Assembly (NCBI RefSeq): GCF_006345805.1 | Contig: NW_021834852.1 | Span: 1 to 45,607, forward strand | Source of the DNA: Octopus sinensis | Taxonomy: Eukaryota | Length of the DNA stretch: 45,607 bases | Direction of reading: 5' to 3' | Part shown: positions 1-12,365 of the stretch, piece by piece | Position numbering within the stretch: the first letter of the stretch is position 1 | How the letters are laid out: each line of letters opens with the position of its first letter | Notes under the pieces: model-generated | The model's input: only the letters and a program-made list of their open reading frames with translations | The model's database searches: none | Told to the model about the DNA's origin: nothing | Translations under genes and position numbers: made by a program

Positions 1-110
1 GTTGTTTATGAGCTAGTTGGGGCTTTTTATGAGAGTAATTAATATTCATTGGACTTTGGTTTTCACACCTGGAATGGCATCATCATGGAAAATAAGCGGA
101 ACTGTGCACA

Positions 111-530
111 GGCGCAGGAGTGGCTGTGTGGTAAGTAGCTTGCTAACCAACCACATGGTTCCGGGTTCAGTCCCACTGCGTGGCATCTTAGGCAAGTGTC
201 TTCTGCTATAGCCCCGGGCCGACCAATACCTTGTGAGTGGATTTGGTAGACAGAAACTGAAAGAAGCCTGTCGTATATGTATATATATATATGTATGTGT
301 ATGTGTGTGTGTGTGTCTGTGTTTGCACCCCTAGCATTGCTTGACAACCGATGCTGGTGTGTTTACGTCCCTGTCACTTAGCAGTTCGGCAAAAAAGACC
401 GATAGAATAAGTACTGGGCTTACAAAGAATAAGTTCCGGGGTCGATTTCCTCGACTAAAAAGGCGGTGCTCCAGCATGGCCGCAGTCAAATGACTGAAAC
501 AAGTAAAAGAGTAAAGAGTAAAAGAGTATG
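111..530 (+). mobile_element. Full-length tRNA-derived SINE (octopus-type family A) with internal (TA)n/(TG)n and (AAAGAGT)n tail
   Basis: Head ggcgcaggagtggctgtgtggtaag with A/B-box-like motifs (ggttcagtccc); body and tail are repeated many times elsewhere in the window. Confidence 0.9.
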
Positions 531-740
531 CCATTAGTCAGACAAACAAGGAGACAGAAGAAAGCGAAAAACTCAAATTTGGCTGCAAAATAACTTATGG
601 GCATAAGGCTCTCTGGGGTGACTGGGGAAATGAAAAGATCTTAACGACCACTCTCAGACAGTTTTGAAAGCCCATAGAAAATGTGAGCCTTTTACGTGAA
701 AAACTGTGGATTTGTTTAAAGGACACACAGACATTTTGTC

Positions 741-780
<40 letters not shown>

Positions 781-894
781 TCATCATCGTTTAGCGTCCG
801 TTTTCCATGCTAGCGGATGCTAAACGATGATGATGATGATGATATATATCTTTATTATATATATATATATATATATATATATTTTTTATATATA

Positions 895-1193
895 TATCAC
901 TGTGATCGACCAGGCTATGAGATGTTGTTACACATAGCTGGTCACAATGCGTTTCGCATTGTTTTAACCTTCAAATGACGTCACCTCGCTGGCTAAGCAA
1001 GCAGGCCGACAGAAGAAAGAGTGAGAGAAAGTTGTGGCGAAAGAGTACAGCAGGGATCACCACCCCCTGCCGGAGCCTCGTGGAGCTTTAGGTGTTTTCG
1101 CTCAATAAACACTCACAACACCCAGTCTGGGAATCAAAACCGCGATCCTGCGACCGTGAGTCCACTGCCCTAACCACTGGCCCATTGCGCCTC

Positions 1194-1194
<1 letters not shown>
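895..1194 (-). mobile_element. tRNA-derived SINE family B (second copy at 27729-28010, +)
   Basis: Head gtggaggcgcaatgg(g/c)ccagtggttagggcag...ggtt(t)gattcccagac; a near-identical inverse copy is present in the window. Confidence 0.85.
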
Positions 1195-1227
<33 letters not shown>

Positions 1228-1334
1228 CACACACATATACAGATAGATAGATACACACACACACATGTATTATTGTGTGTGTATATATATACATATATAT
1301 AAATATATATATATATAATATGATATAATGAAAT

Positions 1335-1830
1335 TAATTGTATACAGTGCTCAGGTGCACCACAACTTGTCAAAAAGTGCATATAAAGTACATGCAGTAA
1401 TGTAGAAATGTCTGGAAAGCGAACAATGTATGAGTCAGATACATGCTTGTGTGTGTATGGAGGGGAGAAAATCAAGTGTAGTGTTGGCGAATCTCAGGAA
1501 GCATGGAAGTTTTGAAGGATGCAGTGCTCCGACAACTAACAACTGATGCCGGCAGTTTGTTCCATTCTTCATCAACTCCCAGCGTGAAAAAATGTTTCGG
1601 AAATTCATGGGAGCTGTGCTGTTTTCTGACTTTGTAAATATGTCCACGGGTTTTAGATGGGTGGAGTTTGAAAAGGTGCTCAGAGTTATTGTTTGTACGA
1701 TGGTAAAAGTAAAGTTAATTGCTGCATTAATATGGCTGTTCAATGTTACTATTAGTTTAACCCCAGGCAGATCTTCTGCCAGCTGTTTATAGGTGTAGCC
1801 TGCACTCTGTTTATATTGCAAGCAGGGGAG
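1335..1830 (-). mobile_element. 3' end of CR1/L2-type LINE (degenerate RT C-terminus)
   Basis: Minus strand encodes frameshifted ...FFTLGVDEEWNKLPASVVSCRSTASFKTSMLPEIRQHYT*, typical of the CR1 RT end (FF..RV...WN.LP..VV). Confidence 0.75.
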
Positions 1831-2111
1831 CAAACCCCTACCACCCTATTACACTTGACAGGGTTGTGAGACCGATTCAGTTTTGAGCTAGTTTGCTCAT
1901 TTTCAGTCGTGAACACCTGGTTGCCAGAGAGATGGCCAGAGTCCACTCCAGCAAGCAATATATAGACAAAGTGACCCTTCAATCACTGATTTGCATCAAG
2001 CAAAGTGGCTGAGATTTTACAACTTGCTACTTGGCTTGTTATATACAAGATGCGGTGAATAAATTGTCGTCTAAATTATGCGTAAAATGGAAATAATACT
2101 GACTCTCTCTC

Positions 2112-2322
2112 TCTTTTTACTCTTTACTCTTGTTTCAGTCATTTGACTGCGGCCATGCTGGAGCACCACCTTTCGTCGAGTATCTCGACCCCAGGACTTA
2201 TTCTTTTGTAAGCCCAGTACTTATTCTATCGGTCTCTTTTGCCGAACCGCTAGAGTGACGGGGACATAAACACACCAGCATCGGTTGTCAAGCAATGCTA
2301 GGGGGACAAACACAGACACACA

Positions 2323-2361
<39 letters not shown>

Positions 2362-2931
2362 CATACATATATACGATGGGCTTCTTTCAGTTTCCATCTA
2401 CCAAATCCACTCACAAGGCTTTGGTCGGCCTGAGGCTATAGTAGAAGACACTTGCCCAAGGTGCCACACAGTGGGACTGAACCCGGAACCATGTGGTTGG
2501 TAAACAAGCTACTTACCACACAGCCACTCCTGCGCCTATATATATATATATATATATATATTACATACATACATATATATATACAACGGGCTTCTTTCAG
2601 TTTCCATCTACCAAATCCACTCACAAGGCTTTGGTCGGCCCGAGGCTATGGTAGAAGACACTTGCCCTAGGTGCCATGCAGTGGAACTGAACCCGGAACT
2701 ATGTGGTTGGTAAACAAGCTACTTACCGCACAGCCACTCCTGCGCCTATATATATATATATACATATATACAACGGGCTTCTTTCAGTTTCCATCTACCA
2801 AATCCACTCACAAGGCTTTGGTCGGCCTGAGGCTATGGTAGAAGACACTTGCCCTAGGTGCCACGCAGTGGGACTGAACCCGGAACCATGTGGTTGGTAG
2901 CAAGCTACTTACCACACAGCCCCTCCTGCAC

Positions 2932-2972
<41 letters not shown>

Positions 2973-3147
2973 CTATATATACATATATACAACGGGCTTC
3001 TTTCAGTTTCCGTCTACCAATCCACTCACAAGTCTTTGGTCGGCCGAGCTCTGGTAGAAGACACTTGCCCTAGGTGCCATGCAGTGGGGCTGAACCTGGA
3101 ACCATGTGGGTGGTAAACAAGCTACTTACCACACAGCCCCTCCTGCA

Positions 3148-3198
<51 letters not shown>

Positions 3199-3367
3199 CA
3201 TATATACAATGGGCTTCTTTCAGTTTCCGTCTACCAAATCCACTCACAAGTCTTTGGTCGGCCCGAGGCTCTGGTAGAAGACACTTGCCCTAGGTGCCAT
3301 GCAGTGGGACTGAACCTGGAACCATGTGGTTGGTAAACAAGCTACTTACCACACAGCCACTCCTACG
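2112..3367 (-). mobile_element. SINE family A with its 5' half tandemly repeated five times, separated by (TA)n
   Basis: One 3' half (2112-2320), then heads at about 2372-2537, 2584-2747, 2771-2932, 2990-3149 and 3207-3367. Confidence 0.9.
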
Positions 3368-3451
3368 ACCATCTCATTTTAACAGATATATTTACCAGTT
3401 TTTGATGTTATCAAATTAATATCCAATTTTTCACCCTCGTTTTAATTTTAA

Positions 3452-3642
3452 CCCTTTAGCATTCAAACCGTTTTTTATTGAAACTGATCGGATCTCACCT
3501 TTCACCTCAGCCCTACCATGTCATTCTAAAACTAAAAAATCACATCACTGAAATCTCTAAACTACAAGATAATGCATGACTAATTCATACAATATAAATA
3601 AATAAACATCACATTTGATAGAATAATCTGAACACTAAGGGG
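3452..3642. mobile_element. piggyBac-like MITE
   Basis: TTAA on both sides (3448-3451, 3643-3646); imperfect TIRs CCCTTTAGCATTCA ... TGAACACTAAGGGG. Confidence 0.8.
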
Positions 3643-3662
3643 TTAATTATATATATATATAT

Positions 3663-4228
3663 ACTCTTTTACTTGTTTCAGTCATTTGACTGTGGTCATG
3701 CTGGAGCACCACCTTTAGTCGAGCAAATCGACCCTATTCTTTGTAAGCCTAGTACTTATTCTATCGGTCTCTTTTGCCGAACTGCTAAGTTACGGGGACG
3801 TAAACACACCAGCATCGGTTGTCGAGCGATGTTGGGAGGACAAACACAGTCACACAAGCACATACATATATATATATATATACAACGGGCTTCTTTCAGT
3901 TTCCATCTACCAAATCCACTCACAAGGCTTTGGTCGGCCCAAGACTATAGTAGAAGACACTTGCCCAAGGTGGCATGAAGTGAGACTGAACCCTGAACCA
4001 TGTGGTCGGTAAACAAGCTACTTACCATATATATATATATGTATGTATGTGTTTGTGTATCTGTGTTTGTCCCCCAACATCGCTTGACAACCGATGTTGG
4101 TGTGTTTATCTCTCTGACCAATAGAATAAGTACTAGGCTTGCAAATAATAAGTCCTGGGGTCGATTTGTTTGACTAAAGGCGGTGCTCCAGCATGGCCAC
4201 AGTCATATGACTAAAACAAATAAAAGTA
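3663..4228. mobile_element. Two family-A SINE pieces in inverted orientation (3663-4030 on -, 4040-4228 on +)
   Basis: Body sequences are reverse complements of each other over about 170 bp. Confidence 0.85.
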
Positions 4229-4747
4229 TATGTGTGTTCTGTTTTATCTTCATAGAAAAGAGATATGTGCAAAGGATTTTTATTTAATTCCTTTGCAGGA
4301 AGGACCGGTTTGACGGGTTGTGTTCTGCCCTTACCTTCGAAACATGCATGGAGTCGAACTGGGGACAGCTGATGAAGGGGAATGTTCCTTGTGTTGTTTG
4401 TCTTGTACTGTTTTTTCGTCATTAAAAAAAGTCCGTATCCTTGTTTCTATGTTTTCGTTTCTCGTTGAGTTCTACGTCTATTTGTGGTGTCCTGTGCACA
4501 TATATATATATATATAAAAAGGAAATGAAGAAAATGCTGACAAAATAATTTAAGTAAGGGAGAGTGTATTTAATTAGGTGAAAGTTCTTTTTACCGGTTG
4601 CGCATTTGTTATGTTTATCAAAAGATATTTTGAGTGAGATAGAGTTCCTTTCTGATTGATTATATATATATATATATGCATGTATATATACATGTAGATG
4701 TAGGTACGTACATATATGTATGTATGTATGCATATATTTTATTTATT

Positions 4748-4787
<40 letters not shown>

Positions 4788-4823
4788 CACTATTTCTGAA
4801 TATTTTTCTTGTTGTCATTGCAG

Positions 4824-5389
4824 GACCCCTTAAATTCTCGCTTCGCTGGTATCTGAAGGGCCACGGCTCCGTGTATCGTCCAAAACACCAACATCGTTAT
4901 CGCTATGACAGCGACAGCTATAACAACAACAACAACAACAATAATGACCACCCCTCCAACAGCGCCCGTCGCGGGAACTATAACCAGGGCGACTCTTATT
5001 TTGGGGGCAGCAGACAGCGGAAGAGCCAAGAACTCGATAACGACGACAACGACAACAACAACGATAATGATGACAACAACAACGCAAACAACGGAGGGGT
5101 CCCGCTAAACATCAAAACCGATTCCGGGGCGCAACAGCAGCAAGAACAACAACAACAACAACAACAAGGCGTTCAGCATGGTGTACGTCGCTTGAGACCC
5201 GCCTATTCTCAGGGTTCAGAGAACAACCTGGGTGGCGGGGCTGGTGATGGAAGTAGAAGCGGTCGCCATCGACGCTACCAGAATAACAACGCCCAACTGC
5301 AAGGGTTCAACTCCCAGTCAGACCATGGTGGTGACGCTGCTGGGAACTCAGCCAGAGCTGTCGGAGGTGAAGAAATTATGGAATGGAAG
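4824..5389 (+). CDS. First in-window coding exon of secreted Fam20C/Four-jointed-like pseudokinase gene (N/Q/G-rich low-complexity stem, GPLKFSLRWYLKG...GGEEIMEWK)
   Basis: Acceptor gttgtcattgcag|G at 4823/4824 (phase 1), open frame of GC-richer sequence, donor AAG|gttttt at 5389/5390 (phase 0, weak) compatible with the next exon. No upstream exon or start codon recognised in the window. Confidence 0.75.
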
Positions 5390-5701
5390 GTTTTTGTCTC
5401 TTTTGTTTTGTTTTCGGCTTTATTATTATTATTATTATTATTATTATCATTATTGTCGTTATCATTGTTATTATTTATTCTGTTTATCTCAAGTTTTGTT
5501 GGAACTCCCGGAGTTTTGCATGCTTGCTGCCTGCATCCTACGGTACCTTTCTATCTGTTCTTTTCAGCCATCTAATACTTTCCAGTATACCCATCATGAC
5601 TACCCGTCTGATAACGGTACACCAGGCACAGCTGAGTACTGGGGTCGATGTAAAATTTCAGACCTTGTGCCTTTAGTAGAAATTATTATTATTATTATTA
5701 T

Positions 5702-8700
5702 TGAGTGAGAGAGCAGTGCATGCCATCAAAGTGACACTGGGGTAAAATATACGAAGCCCAGTATAACCCTCGTGACTACCCGTCTGATAAGGGTGGACCA
5801 GGCACATGCATCACAACCATATGTACATGACATGGTGATTTCATATCAGAATAAACAGCACATGACCTTGCAGGTGGGGCCCAGTTAGAATTTTCTTCTG
5901 GTCAAGTAGCCCATCCCGCTCAAAAGGTCCCTGAATAAGGGTTGTTTAAAGATGTTGAATGAAACACCCATGTTCCCAGTGGTGAATTATTCAAACCCCA
6001 AAGAATCCCTCTCAACACATGGCTATGATGCTCCCCCACTACTTTTGCTCATGATCAGAGATGCACATATCTTCAGCCGCTAAGGGACATGCTCAACTGG
6101 TTAAGGTCAAACAACTGACAAGCAAATCTGTGGTATTGAGCAGAATATTTGCTGTAGCCCATCTTTTATCAAGAAAAAAACAATGTACATGATAACACTT
6201 CCAATCAGTTAAGATCAGAAGCCATGAGAGCCACTGCCTGGTACTGCATCAGGGCATTAGCAAATCTGTGGTATTGAGCAGAATATTTGCTGTAGCCCAT
6301 CTTTTATACCAAGACAAAACAATGTACATGATAACACATCCAATCAGTTCAGATCAGAAGCCATGAGAGCCACTGCCTGGTACTGCATCAGGGCATTAGC
6401 AAATCTGTGGTATTGAGCAGAATATTTGCTGTAGTCCATCTTTTATACCAAGACAAAACAATGTACATGATAACACTTCCAATCAGTTAAGATCAGAAGC
6501 CATGAGAGCCACTGCCTGGTACTGCATCAGGGCATTAGCAAATCTGTGGTATTGAGCAGAATATTTGCTGTAGCCCATCTTTTATACCAAGACAAAACAA
6601 TGTACATGATAACACATCCAATCAGTTCAGATCAGAAGCCATGAGAGCCACTGCCTGGTACTGCATCAGGGCATTAGCAAATCTGTGGTATTGAGCAGAA
6701 TATTTGCTGTAGGCTATCTTTTATACCAAGACAAAACAATGTACATGATAACACTTCCAATCAGTTAAGATCAGAAGCCATGAGAGCCACTGCCTGGTAC
6801 TGCATCAGGTCATTAGCAAATCTGTGGTATTGAGCAGAATATTTGCTGTAGGCCATCTTTTATACCAAGACAAAGCAATGTCCATGATAACACTTCCAAT
6901 CAGTTAAGATCAGAAGCCATGAGGCACTGCTGGTACTGCATCAGGGCATTAGCAAATCTGTGGTATTGAACAGAATATTTGCTGTAGTCCATCTTTTTTA
7001 TACCAAGACAAAACAATGTACATGATAACACTTCCAATCAGTTAAGATCAGAAGCCATGAGAGCCACTGCCTGGTACTGCATCAGGGCATTAGCAAATCT
7101 GTGGTATTGAGCAGAATATTTGCTGTAGTCCATCTTTTATACCAGACAAAACAATGTACATGATAACACTTCCAATCAGTTAAGATCAGAAGCCATGAGA
7201 GCCACTGCCTGGTACTGCATCAGGGCATTAGCAAATCTGTGGTATTGAACAGAATATTTGCTGTAGTCCAATCTTTATACCAAGACAAAACAATGTACAT
7301 GATAACACTTCCAATCAGTTAAGATCAGAAGCTATGAGAGCTGAGCCACTGTACTGCTGTCAGGGTATTAGCAAATCTGTGGTATGAGAGAGAATATTTG
7401 CTGTAGGCCATCTTTTATACCAAGACAAAACAAGGTAATGATAACACTTCCAATCAGTTAAGATCAGAAGCCATGAGAGCCACTGCTGGTACTGCATCAG
7501 GGCATTAGCAAATCTGTATTATTGGAGCAAATTTGCTGTAGGCCATCTTTTATACCAAGACAAAACAGTGTGTACATGATAACACTTCCAATCAGTTAAG
7601 ATCAGAAGCCATGAGAGCCACTGCCTGGTACTGCATCAGGGCATTAGCAAATCTGTATTATTGAGCAGAATATTTGCTGTAGGCCATCTTTTATACCAAG
7701 ACAAAACAATGTACATGATAACACATCCAATCAGTTCAGATCAGAAGCCATGAGAGCCACTGCCTGGTACTGCATCAGGGCATTAGCAAATCTGTATTAT
7801 TGAGCAGAATATTTGCTGTAGGCCATCTTTTACACCAAGACAAAACAATGTACATGATAACACTTCCAATCAGTTAAGATCAGAAGCCATGAGAGCCACT
7901 GCCTGGTACTGCATCAGGGCATTAGCAAATCTGTATTATTGAGCAGAATATTTGCTGTAGCCCATCTTTTATACCAAGACAAAACAATGTACATGATAAC
8001 ACTTCCAATCAGTTAAGATCAGAAGCCATGATAGCCACTGCCTGGTACTGCATCAGGGCATTAGCAAATCTGTGGTATTGAGCAGAATATTTGCTGTAGG
8101 CCATCTTTTACACCAAGACAAAACAATGTACATGATAACACTTCCAATCAGTTAAGATCAGAAGCCATGAAAGCCACTGCCTGGTACTGCATCAGGGCAT
8201 TAGCAAATCTGTGGTATTGAACAGAATGCTGCTGTAGCCCATCCTTTATACCAAGGACAAAACAATGTACATGATAACACTTCCAATCAGTTAAGATCAG
8301 AAGCCATGTAGCCACTGCCTGGTACTGCATCAGGGCATTAGCAAATCTGTGGTATTGAGCAGAATATTTGCTGTAGTCCATCTTTTATACCAAGACAAAA
8401 CAGTGTACATGATAACACTCCAATCAGTAAGATCAGAAGCCATGAGAGCCATGCTGGTCGGGGTACTGCATCAGGGGATTAGCAAATCTGTGGTATTGAG
8501 CAGAATATTGCTGTAGTCCATCTTTTATACCAAGACAAAACAATTGTACATGATAACACTTCCAATCAGTTAAGATCAGAAGCCATGAGAGCCATGCCTG
8601 GTACTGCATCAGGGCATTAGCAAATCTGTGGTATTGAACAGAATATTGCTGTAGTCCATCTTTTATACCAAGACAAAACAATGTACATGATACACTTCCA

Positions 8701-10973
8701 ATCAGTAAGATCAGAAGCTATGAGAGCCACTGCCTGGTACTGCATCAGGGTATTAGCAAATCTGTGGTATTGAGCAGAATATTTGCTGTAGGCCATCTTT
8801 TATACCAAGACAAAACAATGTACATGATAACACTTCCAATCAGTTAAGATCAGAAGCCATGAGAGCCACTGCCTGGTAGGTACTGCATCAGGGCATTAGC
8901 AAATCTGTATTATTGAGCAGAATATTTGCTGTAGGCATCTTTTATACCAAGACAAAACAGTGTACATGATAACACTTCCAATCAGTTAAGATCAGAAGCC
9001 ATGAGAGCCACTGCCTGGTACTGCATCAGGGCATTAGCAAATCTGTGTATTGAACAGAATATTTGCTGTGTAGTCCATCTTTTATACCAAGACAAAACAA
9101 TGTACATGATAACACTTCAATCATTTAAGATCAGAAGCCATGATAGCCACTGCCTGGTACTGCATCAGGGCATTAGCAAATCTGTGGTATTGAGCAGAAT
9201 ATTTGCTGTAGGCCATCTTTTACACCAAGACAAAACAATGTACATGATAACACTTCCAATCAGTTAAGATCAGAAGCCATGAAAGCCACTGCCTGGTACT
9301 GCATCAGGGCATTAGCAAATCTGTGGTATTGAACAGAATATTTGCTGTAGCCCATCCTTTATACCAAGACAAAACAATGTACATGATAACACTTCCAATC
9401 AGTTAAGATCAGAAGCCATGAGAGCCACTGCCTGGTACTGCATCAGGGCATTAGCAAATCTGTGGTATTGAACAGAATATTTGCTGTAGTCCATCTTTTA
9501 CACCAAGACAAAACAATGTACATGATAACACTTCCAATCAGTTAAGATCAGAAGCCATGAGAGCCACTGCCTGGTACTGCATCAGGGCATTAGCAAATCT
9601 GTGGTATTGAACAGAATATTTGCTGTAGCCCATCTTTTATACCAAGACAAAACAATGTACATGATAACACTTCCAATCAGTTAAGATCAGAAGCCATGAT
9701 AGCCACTGCCTGGTACTGCATCAGGGCATTAGCAAATCTGTGGTATTGAACAGAATATTTGCTGTAGCCCATCTTTTATACCAAGACAAAACAATGTACA
9801 TGATAACACTTCCAATCAGTTAAGATCAGAAGCCATGAAAGCCACTGCCTGGTACTGCATCAGGGCATTAGCAAATCTGTATTATTGAGCAGAATATTTG
9901 CTGTAGCCCATCCTTTATACCAAGACAAAACAATGTACATGATAACACATCCAATCAGTTCAGATTAGAAGCCATGAGAGCCACTGCCTGGTACTGCATC
10001 AGGGCATTAGCAAATCTGTGGTATTGAGCAGAATATTGTGTGTAGCCCATCTTTTATACCAAGACAAAACAATGTAACATGATAACACTTCCAATCAGTT
10101 AAGATCAGAAGCCATGAGAGCCACTGCCTGGTACTGCATCAGGGCATTAGCAAATCTGTGGTATTGAGCAGAATATTTGCTGTAGCCCATCTTTTATACC
10201 AGACAAAACAATGTACATGATAACACTTCCAATCAGTTAAGATCAGAAGCCATGAGAGCCACTGCCTGGTACTGCATCAGGGCATTAGCAAATCTGTGGT
10301 ATTGAGCAGAATATTTGCTGTAGCCCATCTTTTATACCAAGACAAAACAATGTACATGATAACACTTCCAATAAGTTAAGATCAGAAGCCATGAGAGCCA
10401 CTGCCTGGTACTGCATCAGGGCATTAGCAAATCTGTGGTATTGAGCAGAATATTTGCTGTAGGCCATCTTTTACACCAAGACAAAACAATGTACATGATA
10501 ACACTTCCAATCAGTTAAGATCAGAAGCCATGAGAGCCACTGCCTGGTACTGCATCAGGGCATTAGCAAATCTGTGGTATTGAGCAGAATATTTGCTGTA
10601 GGCCATCTTTTATACCAAGACAAAACAATGTACATGATAACACTTCCAATCAGTTAAGATCAGAAGCCATGAGAGCCACTGCCTGGTACTGCATCAGGGC
10701 ATTAGCAAATCTGTATTATTGAGCAGAATATTTGCTGTGGCCCATCTTTTATACCAAGACAAAACAATGTACATGATAACACTTCCAATCAGTTAAGATC
10801 AGAAGCCATGAGAGCCACTGCCTGGTACTGCATCAGGGCATTAGCAAATCTGTATTATTGAGCAGAATATTTGCTGTGGCCCATCTTTTATACCAAGACA
10901 AAACAATGTACATGATAACACATCCTATCAGTTAAGATCAGAAGCCATGAGAGCCACTGCCTGGTACTGCATC

Positions 10974-10975
<2 letters not shown>
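5702..10975 (-). mobile_element. Non-coding interspersed element flanked by (ATT)n on both sides, with its distal 139 bp amplified into a tandem array
   Basis: Unique body at 5702-6120 runs directly into the array unit; (ATT)n at 5682-5702 and 10976-11050; a short duplicate of the body lies at 5583-5628. Orientation inferred from the (AAT)n tail. Confidence 0.65.
6121..10975. repeat. 139-bp tandem satellite, about 35 copies
   Basis: Unit agcaaatctgtggtattgagcagaatatttgctg...gcctggtactgcatcagggcatt recurs at 6259, 6398, 6537 and so on (period 139); very high identity. Confidence 0.98.
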
Positions 10976-11014
<39 letters not shown>

Positions 11015-11051
11015 CATTATTATTATTGTTATTATTATTATTATTATTATT

Positions 11052-11285
11052 AAGGCTGTGAGCTGGCTCAATTGTTAGCACGGTGGGCAAAATGCTTGGC
11101 GGTATTTCGTCCGTGTTTACGTTCTGAGTTCAATTTCCACCGAGGTCGACTTTGCCTTTCATCCTTTTGGGGGTCGATAGAATAAGGACCAGTTACGCAC
11201 TGGGGTCGATGCTATTGACTTACCTCCCACCCACCCCCCACCCACCGCCCAGCCGTCCCCCACCGAATTCCAGGAATTGTACCTA
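11052..11285 (+). mobile_element. SINE family C (gagctggcagaatcgttagcac head; further copies at 19727-20098 and 34955-35735)
   Basis: Shared core gttctgagttcaaattccgccgaggtcgactttgcctttcatcc...ggggtcgat. Confidence 0.85.
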
Positions 11286-11514
11286 TAATTTTTGTTGCAT
11301 GATTTCGCTGCTCTATGGTGCATAGTCCTGTGCACCTTTGTGTGCAGCGTTTTGTTGCTGTTGCATGTATGTAATGCATCATCTGTGATGTGCATGCACT
11401 TGCATCAAGTTATGCTGTTTCTTGCATGTAGTGCATATTTCTAAGTCCCGTAGTTCTCGGTTATGCATTTGCCTGTGGTTTTCCGGTTTTCGTTCTTCAT
11501 TCCCTTATCACCTT

Positions 11515-12365
11515 ACTCTTTTACTCTTTTACTCTTTTACTCGTTTCAGTCATTCGACTGCGGCCATGCTGGAGCACCGCCTTTTTTAATCGAGCAAATC
11601 GACCCCCGGGACTTATTCTTTTTGTAAGCCCAGTACTTATTCTGTCGGGTCTCTTTTGCCGAACCGCTAAATGACGGGGATGTAAACACACCAGCATCGG
11701 TTGTCAAGCAATGCTAGGGGGACAAACACAGACACACAAACACACACATGTATATATATATATATATATATACATTTCAACAATTGAGGGTAAAATTAAT
11801 TAATTATTAATCAATTTCACCAAGTATTCAGTATGTAAAGGGACCATTTAAGGCGAATTCAAAATATTACATTATATATAAGGGCTTAGTAAAATAAATT
11901 ACTTTGCCACATACTGAACTCATTAGAAATAGCAGCTAAAGAAATTTCTTTAGCCATTTCTAATACTTAAAGAAGATCTAGAAACGTACGTTCTCAAATA
12001 ACCTTTGCACTTGATTTTTTAATGTTTTTACCCCCATACCTTCGTGAGTTTGTTTGAGCAAACACTATCTGAGAGAGATCTTCTTTAAGTATTAGAAATG
12101 GCTAAAGAAATTTCTTTAGCTGTTATTTCTAATGAGTTCAGTATGTGGCAAAGTAATTTATTTTACTAAGCCCTTATATATAATATATATATATACATAT
12201 ATACGACTGGCTTCTTTCAGTTTCCGTCTACCAAATCCACTCACAAGGCATTGGTCGGCCCGGGGCTATAGCAAAAGACACTTGCCCAAGAGGCCAATGC
12301 AGTGGGACTGAACCCGGAGCCATATTGTTGGTTAGCAAGCTACTTACCACACAGCCACTCCTGCA
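11515..12365 (-). mobile_element. Family-A SINE split by an insertion into its internal (TA)n tract
   Basis: 3' half at 11515-11745 and 5' half at 12200-12365 flank an unrelated palindromic element. Confidence 0.8.
11871..12184. mobile_element. Palindromic MITE-like element, ~109-bp inverted arms
   Basis: Arms 11871-11979 and 12076-12184 are near-perfect reverse complements; each contains the perfect palindrome gctaaagaaatttctttagc. Confidence 0.85.

Noticed and set aside
111-190. SINE heads (also 1120-1194, 24722-24795 and 42005-42075) as tRNA genes
   Set aside because: They have A/B boxes but no complete cloverleaf or acceptor stem, and they continue into SINE bodies.
17-3978. Recurrent short ORFs such as RASFSFRLPNPLTRLWSARGYSRRHLPK or YDGLLSVSVYQIHSQG
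   Set aside because: Chance translations of the high-copy SINE, repeated throughout the window.
4334-4390. Permuted (type II-like) hammerhead: ccttc-GAAAC-atgcatgga-GTC-gaactggggacag-CTGATGA-agggg
   Set aside because: Core words are present, but helix I is offset by 3 nt and helix II relies on G-U pairs; at best a decayed Penelope-type remnant.
6121-10975. Hammerhead or retrozyme in the 139-bp unit
   Set aside because: The minus strand has CTGATGC and CTGATTG but no CTGANGA...GAAA core on either strand.
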